IMG/VR virus record: IMGVR_UViG_3300030372_004987
Span: 1-29,115 of that record
From: a virus
Lineage: Duplodnaviria > Caudoviricetes
Reading direction: 5' to 3' (one strand)
DNA length: 29,115 nt
In this document: positions 18,627-28,021 of the stretch, one piece after another
Layout of the letters: the number at the start of each line of letters is the position of its first letter
How positions within the stretch are numbered: the first letter of the stretch is position 1
Notes under the pieces: generated by a model
What the model was told of the DNA's origin: nothing
Database searches by the model: none
The model's input: only the letters and a program-made list of their open reading frames with translations
Translations under genes and position numbers: made by a program

Positions 18627-20153
18627 TTAAGCGTTTTTCCAAACAGCGTGAGATTCAGGCATTGACCATTCCATACCAGCTTCAGTAATGATTTGGTCTA
18701 CTCTGCGATCTACACCGCTATTTTCTAGAGTTTGAACACCTACATACACTGAGGTATCCCTGTTTATACCATTTCCAACTAATGGACGATATGCACAGTT
18801 CTTCATATTGATACCTAGCATAGCAATGTTAGTGCCATCTAAGTGAATATTACGAACTACGTTCATGTCACCATATACGGTTGTAATAGTTGTAGTATCT
18901 AAGCCCAACACTTTCTTTCTACCAGTTACAGCTAGATCTGCTCTTCCTAATGAATTTGCAGAAGATGGATCTGGAGATGTATTACCAGAAGCTGGATTTA
19001 CCATCCCTAGATTGTTAGCAAAGTATCCTGATAGTTTGTGTAGCCAGTTGTAAACTGCTGTTGAACAGAAGAATACAGTAGCCATTGAGTTGTTGTATCT
19101 TGGATCTAATAATGCAGATAAATCATCTAAGAAGTGATCTTGAGATTTTTTAGTTACATCTAAAGTAAATGCATTACCATTATTTAGAATCCAATCAACA
19201 GCACCTTGTGTTGTTCTATAAGTTTCGTTTTGAGAACCAAATAGTAAAGATTGCTCAATATCCCATTTGTGTTCAACTAACTTTTCTTTCCAGATACGAG
19301 CCCACTCATTGCCTTCATACTTCAATATTGTAGCACGATCAGTGTTTGTCATTGCCATTGAAGTTTTCCAGATTTGAGTTTGTCCATAGCTAGTTGAGAA
19401 AGGCTGATCTTTCCAAGTTTCTGGATAACCAGTACCTTTTTCAAATACAGAACCAACAACATATGCTTTGTATGGTGCTAAAGATTCTTCTGAAGCTCCT
19501 ACGTCAGTACCTGCTCCATCAAGGCTGGCAGGAAGACCCATTAAATAAGAACCTCCATTTGGAACACCTTTAATAACTGTACCAGCTATGTCAGTCGTGT
19601 TACCTGTAGTACCCACTAAGCCCACTTTAACTATAAGATAGTCTGCTACACTTCCACCGTTAGTGTCTGCAACAGGAACTTTAATTATCTGATCTTCCAA
19701 GAAGAATGTAGGCGTAGTGCCTGCACCACCTGGAATATAGTCAACAGTTTTACCTACGATGTTAGTTTTGTTTCCATTTGAAGCATAGTCGCAACCAAAT
19801 CTTAATTGAATTGGGCTTCCTGCTACAGATGCTGCTATTGCTGTAGAGGTGATTGTTGCATAAGTTGCACCACCAGTAATTACATAAGCATATCTTTTGT
19901 GCCATGAATCTCTACGTTCTGTGAATTTGAACTGAGGGTCATCGGTTGGTTTTTTTGCTACTTTTGATACAAAGCGAAAAAACGGGTCTGATGCTATAGA
20001 TAGTTCTGAAACTCTATCTCCAAAGTTATACTTTCTACGCAGATCACCTGTATCAACAGGAGATCCACCAGTATAACCAGCTGGTGCACCAGGAGCCGCA
20101 TTATCACCGAAAGTTCCTATATTGGAACCTCCTTCATATAATATGTCAGACAT
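18627..20153 (-). CDS. Major capsid protein (HK97 fold, SU10/DUF5309-like)
   Basis: Follows portal and scaffold; family-type segments 'PFFRFVSKV...DPQFKFTE.R', 'YGQTQIWKT', 'EHKWDIEQSLLFG', 'DQIITEAGME...PESHAVW'. Confidence 0.88.
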   Translation of the reverse strand: MSDILYEGGSNIGTFGDNAAPGAPAGYTGGSPVDTGDLRRKYNFGDRVSELSIASDPFFRFVSKVAKKPTDDPQFKFTERRDSWHKRYAYVITGGATYATITSTAIAASVAGSPIQLRFGCDYASNGNKTNIVGKTVDYIPGGAGTTPTFFLEDQIIKVPVADTNGGSVADYLIVKVGLVGTTGNTTDIAGTVIKGVPNGGSYLMGLPASLDGAGTDVGASEESLAPYKAYVVGSVFEKGTGYPETWKDQPFSTSYGQTQIWKTSMAMTNTDRATILKYEGNEWARIWKEKLVEHKWDIEQSLLFGSQNETYRTTQGAVDWILNNGNAFTLDVTKKSQDHFLDDLSALLDPRYNNSMATVFFCSTAVYNWLHKLSGYFANNLGMVNPASGNTSPDPSSANSLGRADLAVTGRKKVLGLDTTTITTVYGDMNVVRNIHLDGTNIAMLGINMKNCAYRPLVGNGINRDTSVYVGVQTLENSGVDRRVDQIITEAGMEWSMPESHAVWKNA

Positions 20154-20154
20154 A

Positions 20155-20198
20155 TTTTACTCCTTTTTTATTAAAGCTCAGATAAGCTTGGAGTAAAA
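20155..20198 (-). promoter_or_regulatory. Hairpin that pairs over the capsid gene ribosome-binding site
   Basis: Minus-strand TTTTACTCC (20198-20190) is perfectly complementary to GGAGTAAAA (20163-20155), which contains the SD and ends 1 nt before the ATG. Confidence 0.6.
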
Positions 20199-20234
20199 CG
20201 CCTAACTAAAAATAGTTTTGGCCTTTACTAAGTC

Positions 20235-21119
20235 TTATCCGAACAGATTGTCTAGATCGTTATCAAGACCCTTCATAGCATCAAAAACATTGTCTTCAAC
20301 GCTTTGACTTTTTGAATCTTGATTACTTGCTCCACTAAGACTTGTAGGAATGTCTCTGACTTTGTTCATCTGACCCAGCATATCTTCTTTCGTAGATTTA
20401 GCAGTGTTTGCAGCAATTTTATCTCTATTAATAAGATAATTAACGTCTTCTAATGTCAGCTTATGCTCTCTTGCTTTACCTAAGAATGCATTGTATTCAT
20501 CATCAGACATTTTATGCTTTGCTCTAAACTCTGCCTCTTCTTGTTTTTGGCGAAGTTGCTTTTGGGTTTGTGCGGCTCTTTGCTTTTCTGTGTTCAATAT
20601 ATTATTAACTCTATTACTAACAATGCCATCTACATGAGCATTCATCACTTTAGCACTATCTGAATCAACATCAGATACTGCCTCGTGTGCGTCAAAGACA
20701 AAGTCTTCACTTAAGCCAAGTTTTTCTTGAACATTTTTTGCAGGTTTACCGCCAGATGTCAAGTAGTCTCTTACATGATCTACAAGCCCACTGTCGTTTT
20801 TCATTGCATCTAGTAGAGGAACGAAAGGTTCTAAGTCTTTCATTTGTTCTCTCTGCCTAATTGCTTCTCCACTACTATCAGCGTATCGCTTTTTGTAGGG
20901 ATTATCTTCACTGTCCCAGTCAACTTTATTACTGGAGCCTTCCTGATCGTGGGTTACCTGTTCGGAGCCACCTTCTTCTGGAGGGGTTACCTGATTGACT
21001 TCATCTTGTATAGCGCCATTGACACTTTTTTCCATGCGCTCAAAGAAATCATCACCTTCAGAGCCAAAAACTGCTTGATCAACAGCTTCTGGGTTACCTT
21101 GGTTGTTATTTTCTTTCAT
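20235..21119 (-). CDS. Capsid scaffolding protein
   Basis: Between portal and capsid; acidic disordered N-terminus, 'YKKRYADS' coiled-coil start, helical body, short terminal helix. Confidence 0.78.
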   Translation of the reverse strand: MKENNNQGNPEAVDQAVFGSEGDDFFERMEKSVNGAIQDEVNQVTPPEEGGSEQVTHDQEGSSNKVDWDSEDNPYKKRYADSSGEAIRQREQMKDLEPFVPLLDAMKNDSGLVDHVRDYLTSGGKPAKNVQEKLGLSEDFVFDAHEAVSDVDSDSAKVMNAHVDGIVSNRVNNILNTEKQRAAQTQKQLRQKQEEAEFRAKHKMSDDEYNAFLGKAREHKLTLEDVNYLINRDKIAANTAKSTKEDMLGQMNKVRDIPTSLSGASNQDSKSQSVEDNVFDAMKGLDNDLDNLFG

Positions 21120-21146
21120 TATTGAACTCTCCTTTTATTCATTTTA

Positions 21147-21182
21147 AATCTTTTAGACATGATGTAGGTGATTGCAACACTT
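21147..21182 (-). promoter_or_regulatory. Putative late promoter, copy 1 (upstream of scaffold/capsid)
   Basis: AAGTGTTGC-AATCACCTACAT-CATGTCTAAAAGATT; matches the copies at 25212-25248 and 28022-28056. Confidence 0.65.
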
Positions 21183-21185
21183 TTT

Positions 21186-23480
21186 TTATTCTTTTTCAGA
21201 ATTATTTTTATTCTTGTTTGCTTGATCTGCAGTCATATTCATTTTACGCTTTGCAAGTTCAGCATCACCTTTACGTTTGTCTTGAAGATGTTTTTGTTGT
21301 GCTTCTGTTCTGAGATACTCTTTTTCCTCTCTAATTTGAGTATCCATTTTCTTTTTATCAATCTCTTTATCAGCTTGCATAATCTTCTCTTGTATTCCTG
21401 CTTGAACAAGCTGCCTAGATAATGTTTCAATTGTACCTTCTTTATCTTGTAATTGTTGTTCTTGACTTTCAATCTTACCACGCATCTCTGAATACAATGA
21501 TTTACGTTTAGCAATTTGATCTTTGTTTTTAATATCGGTTTCAGCAAGGACAGCTATATCATCTACAACTCCAAGTTGCATCAATGATTTTAACTCTTCA
21601 AGATATGCCCATCTATTAACTGGTAGTGTAGAACCAGCTACAATATTTACATCAAACTTTGCATTTTCAAAATCCATTGATTTACCAATTGCTTCTCCTA
21701 AATCATTATAGATAGGGACATTGATTTCAACCTCTCTTTGTTCTTGAAGTGCTGATGGTTGTACAATTCTAAATCGCTTGTTAGCAGTGTATACAGACTG
21801 AGTGAATTGCATTATTACTCTACCTAACTGTCTTAATCCAGGCTCAATAGAATGTTGCATCCACTGACGAACCCTTCGGGTTCCGTACTCATCCATTGCA
21901 AGCATTCCTCTATAAGTTTCATGTTGAGCGCTAGTGTCTCCTTGCATAGCAGCATAAATACCAGCAAGATATTCCATATCCTGTTTTCCTTCTTGTACAA
22001 TTTGAAAGAAAGCATTTGACAATGGAGCAGGTATAACAGGTGTCGGTGCCTGAGATCCTGGCCTTACTGGTAGTAAAGCTCCAGGTGAAGAGGAATATTT
22101 TTCCCAATGCTCTACATCAATAGAGCCTTCTTCATGCATCCATCTTAAGGATGAACCTAACGATGCATTATGCACCATTATTTGATGAGCTTTATTCATT
22201 TCTCTTTGTTTACCGACCAAAGGAGAAACAGCTGAAATAGGATAGGGTGTTCCTGTCCATTTGAAATGAAAAGGAATAAGTGGGTAATCTTTTATTTTTT
22301 CAGGTAATATTTTTTCATATAATAATTTATCACCTGCAACACAAGTAAGCTTGATTCTAGAAGAATGAAATCTTACATTACCTACTAAAGTGCTTTTGAA
22401 TTTCTTATCTTTCATAAGAAGATCAAATTCTTTTTCACTAATAACCTTATTTTCTACCTTAGATGCTTCTGCTTGTAATTGACTCATATATTGCTGTTTA
22501 GCTACTTCAAGTTGTTGTTTCATTTGAGCCTTAGCTTTATCCATTTCAAGCTTCATTCTCTCTTGTAGCATTTCGCCAGCCTGAACGGCTTGCTCCATTT
22601 GAGTCTTTGATTCTAATAGTTCAACAGCCATTTCTTTTTCCATCTCCATAAGCTTTACTTTAACTTGCTGTTGAATTTGCTTTAATTCTTTCTCTGAGGG
22701 AGGGACTCTATAAAATATGTTTACATTTGGAACTTTAAGTTTTTCATATACTTCAAAAAACTCAATTAGATTATCTCTACTACCATCAGGATTAATGCCT
22801 TCATTATCAGAAACATCATCATTATATGCAAATAAATGCTGATCTAAATCTCCTTGAGCTCTTATACTTAATGAGCTTTCACCTTCTTCAGTTGAGGCAG
22901 CATTAATCTTTCTTTTAAGATCTGGGTATAATTTTACTAAATGGCTTTTAGGTAACACCTTTCTAATCAAAACATAAGATGCATCTCTAAACAACATGTC
23001 CCTACATTTAGGATCAACATGTATATCAAATGGTTCTGGTTGACTTACAATTACTTCACCCATTCCATTATCAGCATCAGGATCTACCTGCACTTGCATA
23101 TATCCAACTGATTTACATATAGAATCATTAATAGCATTTGAATACAAAGTGCTACCATCTGACTGTTGCCATACATAATCAGCAAGATCCCCAAATACAG
23201 ATGCTATATCACTATCGCTTCCTTCAACACCAATAGCTTGCCATCTAGGATTCTTAGCAGTTGCATAAAAGTTTAACATTTCTACAACAGGCAAAATTCT
23301 ATTGATAGTAAATGTAGGCATCCCTTGTTCTTCAAGGGCTGTTTTTTCAGTTTCGCTTAACTGTTCATCATGTGCGAAGTCATAACTTTTTTGATTTGTG
23401 AACTCCCACTGTCTCCTTGTCCAATTGTTCGACAGTCTGTATAGTTCTCTTACTTCGTCCGCTCTTTTTCTTTTTGCCAT
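21186..23480 (-). CDS. Portal protein (P22 gp1-like)
   Basis: 'DFAHDEQ...L...G.PTFTINRILPVV', 'EPFDIHVDP', 'YPLIPF', 'QREMNK', 'FDVNIVAG', C-terminal coiled-coil barrel; follows terL. Confidence 0.92.
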   Translation of the reverse strand: MAKRKRADEVRELYRLSNNWTRRQWEFTNQKSYDFAHDEQLSETEKTALEEQGMPTFTINRILPVVEMLNFYATAKNPRWQAIGVEGSDSDIASVFGDLADYVWQQSDGSTLYSNAINDSICKSVGYMQVQVDPDADNGMGEVIVSQPEPFDIHVDPKCRDMLFRDASYVLIRKVLPKSHLVKLYPDLKRKINAASTEEGESSLSIRAQGDLDQHLFAYNDDVSDNEGINPDGSRDNLIEFFEVYEKLKVPNVNIFYRVPPSEKELKQIQQQVKVKLMEMEKEMAVELLESKTQMEQAVQAGEMLQERMKLEMDKAKAQMKQQLEVAKQQYMSQLQAEASKVENKVISEKEFDLLMKDKKFKSTLVGNVRFHSSRIKLTCVAGDKLLYEKILPEKIKDYPLIPFHFKWTGTPYPISAVSPLVGKQREMNKAHQIMVHNASLGSSLRWMHEEGSIDVEHWEKYSSSPGALLPVRPGSQAPTPVIPAPLSNAFFQIVQEGKQDMEYLAGIYAAMQGDTSAQHETYRGMLAMDEYGTRRVRQWMQHSIEPGLRQLGRVIMQFTQSVYTANKRFRIVQPSALQEQREVEINVPIYNDLGEAIGKSMDFENAKFDVNIVAGSTLPVNRWAYLEELKSLMQLGVVDDIAVLAETDIKNKDQIAKRKSLYSEMRGKIESQEQQLQDKEGTIETLSRQLVQAGIQEKIMQADKEIDKKKMDTQIREEKEYLRTEAQQKHLQDKRKGDAELAKRKMNMTADQANKNKNNSEKE

Positions 23481-23638
23481 AATTGCATTCCTCTACTGGT
23501 AAGTGTTTGTGATCCACATCACATATGGGTGGGCACGAATAATCTCCTCCTGGTTTGCAGTGAGTAATGTAATCTCCATACCAGTTAAGAAGTAAAAGGC
23601 TTCCCGCCAATAATATGTTTAATAGATCTATAATTCAT
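23380..23638 (-). CDS. Small membrane-anchored Cys/His-rich protein; start uncertain (possible frameshift after ATG 23638)
   Basis: Frame reads IIDLLNILLAGSLLLLNWYG...HCKPGGDYSCPPICDVDHKH; it fills the terL-portal gap but overlaps the portal 5' end by about 100 nt. Confidence 0.5.
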
Positions 23639-23648
23639 TGACTTGACT

Positions 23649-25205
23649 CTACGCAGTTACCCACGATTTTGCTTTTGGTTTTCTCTTGTACCAATTTCCC
23701 TCTTTGTCTTGACCCATCTTGCAAGGATGTGCAAACTTACAAGCATAAGCAAGGGCATCGATCGTATCATCATGCGCCATCCTTGGGCCAAACGTAATAA
23801 TTTCTCTTTGTAAATCATAATGCGTTTTCTTTATATGTATCTGTCCTACGGCAAAACGCTGTGCTAAAATTTCTTGTATCCTATCTCTCTTGCTCATTCT
23901 AGTTCCTGGCTTTTCTTCACGATAGCTAATTCCAAAATTATTAAGTCTTAACATTTCAGACTTTATTGCTTGGAAAACGGGCCTCGACATAGTAGTGTCT
24001 TCAATTGTGAATAAAGCTGGGTGATAGATTCCATTGATGCGAAATATATTATCAACAATGCCTTTCTTATCGGAACCTGGAATACCGAGAACAGGAAGAG
24101 AGCGAGCACGGAAAATATCCAAGACATACACATTATTGTCCATATCACAACCGATAGTAAGTATAACACTATAGTCAGCGTCCCTGCGAATAGAGTCCGT
24201 AGCAGGGTCCACTCCTGAGAAGACGTTGATAGGTCTAACATCTCCATCAACGACTACGCTGGATATTCCAGTTTCTTCATCATAAATATATTCTCCATCC
24301 CAATACCTAATATGTTCTCTACTAAATATTGAATCTTCTTCACTTTGAACCTCCATCATATATTCTTGATAGAATTTTTGAGGAGTTCCACTGTCTGCAT
24401 AAAACTTTTTCTTTCTTGCCATTTCCTTTGGTCCAAACCAATCTGGCCAAAGAGGAGTTCCATCGTCCTGTAATGCTTTGTATGTAATCACTTTCCAACT
24501 ATAATCTTCTTTTTCTTTTTGTGCTTTCTCGTACCCAACAAGAATCTTTTGAATAAAAGCATCATAATGAACTGGCGTACCATTTATTCTGAGCCTTCCT
24601 GTTTTTGGCTCAAGTGCTGGAAATACAACAGCGGTAACAAGATTGGATATTTTTGAACGACTTTCTGCAGTGATAGTATTATTCTCATCTTCAAAGTCGT
24701 CAAGAACGATAAGGTCGTAACGCTTATGGAGCTTGGCACCTCCACGAATACCAGAAAGATTAGACTTAGAAATAAGTTTACAACCATTCTTAAGCTCAAT
24801 ATCATCTTCCGTCCATTTCCTTCCTTTTAAATCTCCAAAATAATATTTTATTTTGTCATTATATTCAATGTGATACTTTATATAATCCAGATTTGGAACT
24901 GAGATCTTGGAACTGGCAGCAACCCATCCATAAAATAAGGGATCTTTTTTATCCGCAAACATGAAGTCATGCATTATGGAGCATTTAGTAAGAACAGTTT
25001 TACCGTGACCTCTAGGTAGTATTACAGCCAACTGCCTAGCTTCAAGATCATTTAAAGCATCTGCTACTTCATAGTGAAAAAACGGTGTCTCGGATCGTAA
25101 ATAATCCTCAGGTAAGAACAATTTGCCAAAAGCTATAAGATCTTCTTTAGCTAGTAGCAGTGCTTGCTCTTCTTTTGACACATTATGGAAATTAACATTC
25201 GCCAT
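23649..25205 (-). CDS. terL: Terminase large subunit
   Basis: Walker A PRGHGKT, Walker B LIVLDDFE, 'INGTP' coupling motif, RNase H-like nuclease residues GVDPA and HDDTIDALAYA. Confidence 0.96.
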   Translation of the reverse strand: MANVNFHNVSKEEQALLLAKEDLIAFGKLFLPEDYLRSETPFFHYEVADALNDLEARQLAVILPRGHGKTVLTKCSIMHDFMFADKKDPLFYGWVAASSKISVPNLDYIKYHIEYNDKIKYYFGDLKGRKWTEDDIELKNGCKLISKSNLSGIRGGAKLHKRYDLIVLDDFEDENNTITAESRSKISNLVTAVVFPALEPKTGRLRINGTPVHYDAFIQKILVGYEKAQKEKEDYSWKVITYKALQDDGTPLWPDWFGPKEMARKKKFYADSGTPQKFYQEYMMEVQSEEDSIFSREHIRYWDGEYIYDEETGISSVVVDGDVRPINVFSGVDPATDSIRRDADYSVILTIGCDMDNNVYVLDIFRARSLPVLGIPGSDKKGIVDNIFRINGIYHPALFTIEDTTMSRPVFQAIKSEMLRLNNFGISYREEKPGTRMSKRDRIQEILAQRFAVGQIHIKKTHYDLQREIITFGPRMAHDDTIDALAYACKFAHPCKMGQDKEGNWYKRKPKAKSWVTA

Positions 25206-25211
25206 AATGCA

Positions 25212-25248
25212 AAGTTTTTAGGTCATGGCATAGCTAATTGCAACACTT
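25212..25248 (-). promoter_or_regulatory. Putative late promoter, copy 2 (immediately upstream of terL)
   Basis: AAGTGTTGC-AATTAGCTATGC-CATGACCTAAAAACTT; the 12 nt AAGTGTTGCAAT are identical to copy 1. Confidence 0.65.
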
Positions 25249-25258
25249 ATTTACAATT

Positions 25259-25400
<142 letters not shown>

Positions 25401-25402
<2 letters not shown>

Positions 25403-25430
25403 TATGTTAAAAAAGGGACTATACAGGCAA
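25401..25430 (-). promoter_or_regulatory. Candidate sigma70 promoter pointing into the tRNA half
   Basis: TTGCCT (25430-25425), 18-bp spacer, CATAAT (25406-25401); the -10 ends 20 nt before tRNA position 1. Confidence 0.5.
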
Positions 25431-26288
25431 ACATCAGGCTATATATATTTTCGCAAGATGATTGAAGGCAAGCGATATATAATAGCATCTCATACAAAAA
25501 ACGAACGTACTGCTAATAGCTTGTTTAATAGACTTGAAGCAGAAGCTATACGTTTACATTATGACGACAGTCACAATAAATTACAACAAATTTCTTTAAA
25601 TAACCTTATGAAACTATGGCTAAAAAATAGCCAACATTTAAGTAAGCATACAATAAGAACCTACAAATGGGGAATGGAGACATATATAAAAATGAAGGGA
25701 AACATAACAGGAATGAGTGAAGATGGTAAAGCTAATGTTAGGAGGTCTGCAAGGGCTTGTATTAATTTTGGCATCAAGAAAGGATACAATGTGAAGAAGC
25801 ATATGCCTGAAGGTAATTTTAGATCAACACCTAGAGAAAGAATAGCAACCAAAGAAGAATTAGATAAACTATTATCTACTACAGGTCTTTTTGGAGATTA
25901 CATGAGATTTATAGTGTATACTGGAGCTAGAAGATCTGAAGCATGTAGTGTGTTATTATCTAATTACAACAGAGAAGAAGGATATGTAAGTGTATGGGGT
26001 AAATCTGGACATAGGCTTCTTAGAGTTACAGAACAAGCTTCTGAGTTTATAAGAGATTTTAATATATCTCCAGGAGTATGTTCACATTTAATGATTGAAG
26101 TAAGGAGCAAGTTAAATATAACTGATTTAACATTGCATGATCTTAGAAGGACTTTTGGAACTAACTATTTAATTAATGGTGGAACAATGGCCGAACTGTC
26201 GGTTTTGCTCGGCCACGATTCCATTACTACGACTGAGAGACACTATGCGTTCCTCAAGGTGCGAAATATTAAAGATTTCAAACTTTAA
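25404..26288 (+). CDS. int: Tyrosine recombinase / phage integrase
   Basis: YTGARRSEA (R), GKSG (K), LHDLRRTF (HxxR), LLGH, TTERHY (Y); N-terminal three-strand arm-binding-like segment. Confidence 0.95.
   Translation: MLKKGLYRQTSGYIYFRKMIEGKRYIIASHTKNERTANSLFNRLEAEAIRLHYDDSHNKLQQISLNNLMKLWLKNSQHLSKHTIRTYKWGMETYIKMKGNITGMSEDGKANVRRSARACINFGIKKGYNVKKHMPEGNFRSTPRERIATKEELDKLLSTTGLFGDYMRFIVYTGARRSEACSVLLSNYNREEGYVSVWGKSGHRLLRVTEQASEFIRDFNISPGVCSHLMIEVRSKLNITDLTLHDLRRTFGTNYLINGGTMAELSVLLGHDSITTTERHYAFLKVRNIKDFKL
26183..26215 (-). terminator. Candidate intrinsic terminator embedded antisense in int
   Basis: Minus strand TGGCCGAGC-AAAACCGACA-GTTCGGCCA then TTGTT, about 70 nt downstream of the 26285..26779 stop. 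Confidence 0.5.
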
Positions 26289-26779
26289 GCTTGTCCAATA
26301 AGTGCTACTTCTACAGTAGCCTCATTAGTGTTTAAGGTATAGTCTGTTGCTACATGCAATTTGACATCACCTCCGTTACCGCCTGTACCAACTCCGTTTA
26401 ATGGTATACATACTGCTTCCCCTGCTGCAATGGATGCCAATGCTGTAGTACCATAAGTTATAATTAAATTACCTGTAGTGCCTTTCATAGACTTGAAGTG
26501 TACATATACTGCGGCAAGTTCTCCAGATCCTGGAGCCGTTCCTGCTGTCTGGGTAAACCCTGCAACAAAACAACTTGTAGTTGCTGTGGCTGTTTCAGCA
26601 GAAATAATACCTTCATAGCTTTTACATTTAGCAGAATCATATACAATGTTTAAAGATCCACCTTTAGATCCAACATTCTTATCTGCAGCCATAATAGAAT
26701 ATGCAATGCCTCCTTCAGTTTTGTCAATATCAATCTGAGCAGAGTAGCTACCCTGAATGATTAATTTATTCGCCATCAT
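26285..26779 (-). CDS. Hypothetical virion-type beta-sandwich protein (164 aa)
   Basis: AAGGAG RBS; A/T/G-rich; 'LASIAAGEAVCIP' and 'VEVALI' motifs as in the other small structural ORFs. Confidence 0.7.
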   Translation of the reverse strand: MMANKLIIQGSYSAQIDIDKTEGGIAYSIMAADKNVGSKGGSLNIVYDSAKCKSYEGIISAETATATTSCFVAGFTQTAGTAPGSGELAAVYVHFKSMKGTTGNLIITYGTTALASIAAGEAVCIPLNGVGTGGNGGDVKLHVATDYTLNTNEATVEVALIGQA

Positions 26780-27512
26780 TATCTCCTTGAGTTATTTCTT
26801 TTGGTCTTTCGATTGTGTTTAGTGCATTCTCACTAAATCCTTTAAATACTGCTCCTTGTATTTGGGTTACGGTTGTTTTATTCTTATCTTCGAGATCCAA
26901 TATGTCTGAAAGTTTGAAAAGCGCCTTAAGTCTAACGTCTGCTTTGTCTGCATCATCTGCTTCACTTTTGATCCCTTCCAATACATATTTATCATCTATA
27001 CCTAACTCCTTACATACAGGTTTAAGTTCTTCTTTCATAGTTTGTGTGATCCTCTCTGTTTTTAATAGCTTTGTAGATTGCTCTTTAGCATACATAACAT
27101 TATTTGTTTTAAATGCACGAAGATATGCTTGACTAGGGCTCATACCTCCAGCCATAAACTGACAAAACAATATCTCATGCTTTGTTGCATCTTTACGCTC
27201 TAGAATAACTCTTTCAGTATCCTTGCCAGAGATCGTCCACCTGTTTTCCCGCAGAGATGTATCCATCTTAGCTTTTGGCGTACACATGAACGTCCCTGTG
27301 CAAGTCCCCACATAAGAGCGTGTTTTACTCTTACCCCTCCTAGTTTTCATCTCTCCCCTACGAAGTATTTGAATGAAACATCCATCATCTGCTTTAACCC
27401 AATCTCCTACTTGAGCTTCTTTCCAGTCTGGATAAATAATTGTACCTGGCGGTAACTCTTCTTTATCGTCATATACTAAATGATATGTATTAGATATTTT
27501 ATATTTTCTCAT
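26766..27512 (-). CDS. terS: Probable terminase small subunit with extra N-terminal domain
   Basis: C-terminal half 'FCQFMAGGMSPSQAYLRAF...AKEQSTKLLKTERI...VLEGIKSEA...RLKALFKLSDIL' follows the TerS HTH plus oligomerisation pattern; upstream of terL. Confidence 0.72.
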   Translation of the reverse strand: MRKYKISNTYHLVYDDKEELPPGTIIYPDWKEAQVGDWVKADDGCFIQILRRGEMKTRRGKSKTRSYVGTCTGTFMCTPKAKMDTSLRENRWTISGKDTERVILERKDATKHEILFCQFMAGGMSPSQAYLRAFKTNNVMYAKEQSTKLLKTERITQTMKEELKPVCKELGIDDKYVLEGIKSEADDADKADVRLKALFKLSDILDLEDKNKTTVTQIQGAVFKGFSENALNTIERPKEITQGDNDGE

Positions 27513-27658
27513 CTAAGTCCACTACCTCCACGTTTTCTACCACGATGCTTTTTTCCTTTACGACTTCTCTTTAATTCCTTTTTGGGGGTAAAAATGGGAG
27601 AAAATGAGGGTAGCTCTTCAATGCTTAATAACGATGATATAATGAGTGCCTTAATCAT
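27509..27658 (-). CDS. 49-aa protein, hydrophobic N-terminus and R/K-rich tail (MIKALIISSLLS...KRSRKGKKHRGRKRGGSGLR)
   Basis: Open for 49 codons, ATGA coupling to terS; no clear SD. Confidence 0.55.
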   Translation of the reverse strand: MIKALIISSLLSIEELPSFSPIFTPKKELKRSRKGKKHRGRKRGGSGLR

Positions 27659-27667
27659 ACGTTTCTC

Positions 27668-27797
27668 GTACGCGCGCGCATTATTATAATATATATTATA
27701 ATATCTCTTATAATATATATATTAATATTTATTATATACCATACTCCCGTAAGGGAGTATGAGTATTGTAATATATATTCTAATATAGGTTTTAATA
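27668..27797. other. AT-rich palindromic non-coding tract with (CG)4 run and 9-bp hairpin; possible origin or packaging site
   Basis: GTACGCGCGCGCA, 22-bp perfect palindrome TATTATAATATATATTATAATA (27682-27703), CATACTCCC-GTAA-GGGAGTATG (27740-27761). Confidence 0.45.
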
Positions 27798-28016
27798 TCA
27801 AGCCTCACCTACCTCATAACATTCAGCTATAAGTCTTAACACTGCTTGATCAAAATACTTAGACACATCTATTCCCATAACCTCTACCATCTCTATCTCT
27901 GGCTCATAATCTTCAGCGCTATTATCCTCGTTAGCAACATCAACGGTCTCAATTAAGTATTCTACCTCATCAGTAGCATCATCATATTCAATTGTTAAAT
28001 GATATATTTTCTTCAT
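27798..28016 (-). CDS. Small acidic protein (72 aa)
   Basis: 21 D/E versus 4 K/R; first gene after late promoter copy 3. Confidence 0.75.
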   Translation of the reverse strand: MKKIYHLTIEYDDATDEVEYLIETVDVANEDNSAEDYEPEIEMVEVMGIDVSKYFDQAVLRLIAECYEVGEA

Positions 28017-28021
28017 GGGAG

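Noticed and set aside
18600-18645. T7 10A/10B-style -1 frameshift fusing the capsid to the 65-aa ORF at TGG AAA AAC
   Set aside because: The -1 frame hits TAG before the downstream ATG, and that ORF has its own AGGAGG.
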